DNA of 64,000 bases from Marsupella aquatica (taxonomy: Eukaryota; Plantae; Marchantiophyta): the NCBI GenBank assembly GCA_973895155.1, contig OZ316891.1, forward strand, positions 30,075,012 through 30,139,011. The letters run 5' to 3'. How positions within the stretch are numbered: the first letter of the stretch is position 1; the number at the start of each line of letters is the position of its first letter. The notes below the pieces were generated by a model that was not told the DNA's origin, did not search any database, and worked only from the letters and a program-made list of their open reading frames with translations. Positions 62,975-64,000 of this stretch are shown here, piece by piece. A program made the translations under genes and the position numbers.

Positions 62975-63325
62975 CAAGGCGGGAAAAGATGGCAAGGTGA
63001 GGAAAAGAAGTTGAGGTGAGAAAAAGATAATTATCAAGGAGAGAAAAGATGGCAAGGTGAGAACCCAGGTGAGAATAAGATGCAAAGATGAGGAAAATAT
63101 ATCAAGGAGAGAATAGATGTCGAGGGTGAGGAAAAAAATGTCTTTGTGAGATAAAGATTCCAAGGTGAGAAAAGATGGCGAGGTGAGGAAAAGAAGTCGA
63201 GGTGAGAAAAAGATATCGAGGAGAGAAAAGATGGCAAGGTGAGAACCCGGGTGAGAAAAGATGCAAAGATGAGGAAAAGATGTCTTGGTGAGATAAAGAT
63301 CTCAAGTGAGAAAAAGATGGCGAGA
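62975..63325. repeat. Related purine-rich minisatellite, interrupted by the LTR element
   Basis: Variants of AAGGTGAGAAAAGATGGC and GAGGTGAGAAAAAGAT. Confidence 0.85.
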
Positions 63326-63327
63326 AT

Positions 63328-64000
63328 TGTTAAGGATTGCTCTTAGTCTTGTGACTCATAGGTTACGGCACTTAGGCTAAACCACAGTTAGGATCTTAGC
63401 TAAGGTTAGATTAGTCGTGTGTGACCTTGTATATACCAGGGCTAGTGTAAGCCGCTGGTGGGTGGTGCTTACTCATTGTAACAGAACACCAGGAGGAAGA
63501 GAGAGAGCATGTGTGTTCGTCTACTCTTGAAGTAAAGCTTGAGTGTTCGTGTGGACGTAGCCTTGGAGAAGAGGTGAACCACGTAGAGATTGTGTCGACT
63601 ACGTGTGCATGGAATGAGTCATGGTTGTATGGTCATTGCGAATGACGTCTTAGTTCAACAATTGGTATCAGAGCAAGCCTGGGAGGTGACGTTGAGGTGA
63701 TCAAAATTTTTGTGACGTGTTGGTGACGGTTTTTCCAGCGGTTAGAGTTGGTGGATTTCACGGAGATCTATCGCATGGAACTTGGAGGTGTTGGGCTCAA
63801 CGGATAGATCGGGGCAAGGGCTTTCCGACGGTGCAAAGAAATCTCTGAACTGAGTTCGTGGTGCGGAGGAATTGACGTTTCCGTCGTTCTGGATTTTTTG
63901 TGATTCGTGTTCGACGGTTTTCTTTGACGGTTCTTTTTGGGGGGAACTGAGATCATTTTCCCGACGGTGTGAGCTTTGTGGTGCGCGAGGCGTCACAACC
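63328..64000 (+). mobile_element. LTR retrotransposon 5' end (333-bp LTR 63328-63660), continues beyond the window
   Basis: TGTTAAG...TTCAACA termini, internal TATA-like GTATATA near 63430, followed 2 nt later by a PBS. Confidence 0.8.
63663..63674 (+). other. Primer-binding site complementary to tRNA-iMet
   Basis: TGGTATCAGAGC directly after the LTR end CA-AT. Confidence 0.9.

Overview
Eukaryotic, repeat-rich land-plant-type DNA (spliceosomal introns, F-box/Kelch genes, L1 LINE, Helitrons, LTR element with a tRNA-iMet PBS); a bryophyte or lycophyte source is my guess only. Most of the window (~5,976-59,140) is a tandem array of a ~7.8 kb unit. Each unit has a minus-strand F-box/Kelch gene (four copies: two intact, one frameshifted, one with a compensated double frameshift) and a decayed, divergently oriented orphan ORF. 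Unit 2 is cleanly split by a 24.6 kb CACTA/CMC-type DNA transposon (20,673-45,259; CACAG termini, CAT 3-bp TSD). It encodes a TnpD-like transposase, an intact 465-aa Fpg/Nei-family DNA glycosylase-like protein bracketed by its own diverged inverted repeats, and a decayed multi-exon SAM-domain gene. It also hosts a nested LINE (203-bp flanking duplication) and LTR fragments. Comparing array copies shows a recurrent 4-bp palindromic insertion signature (XY to XY-rc(XY)-XY). All alignments and family calls were made by eye from motifs; no database search was run.
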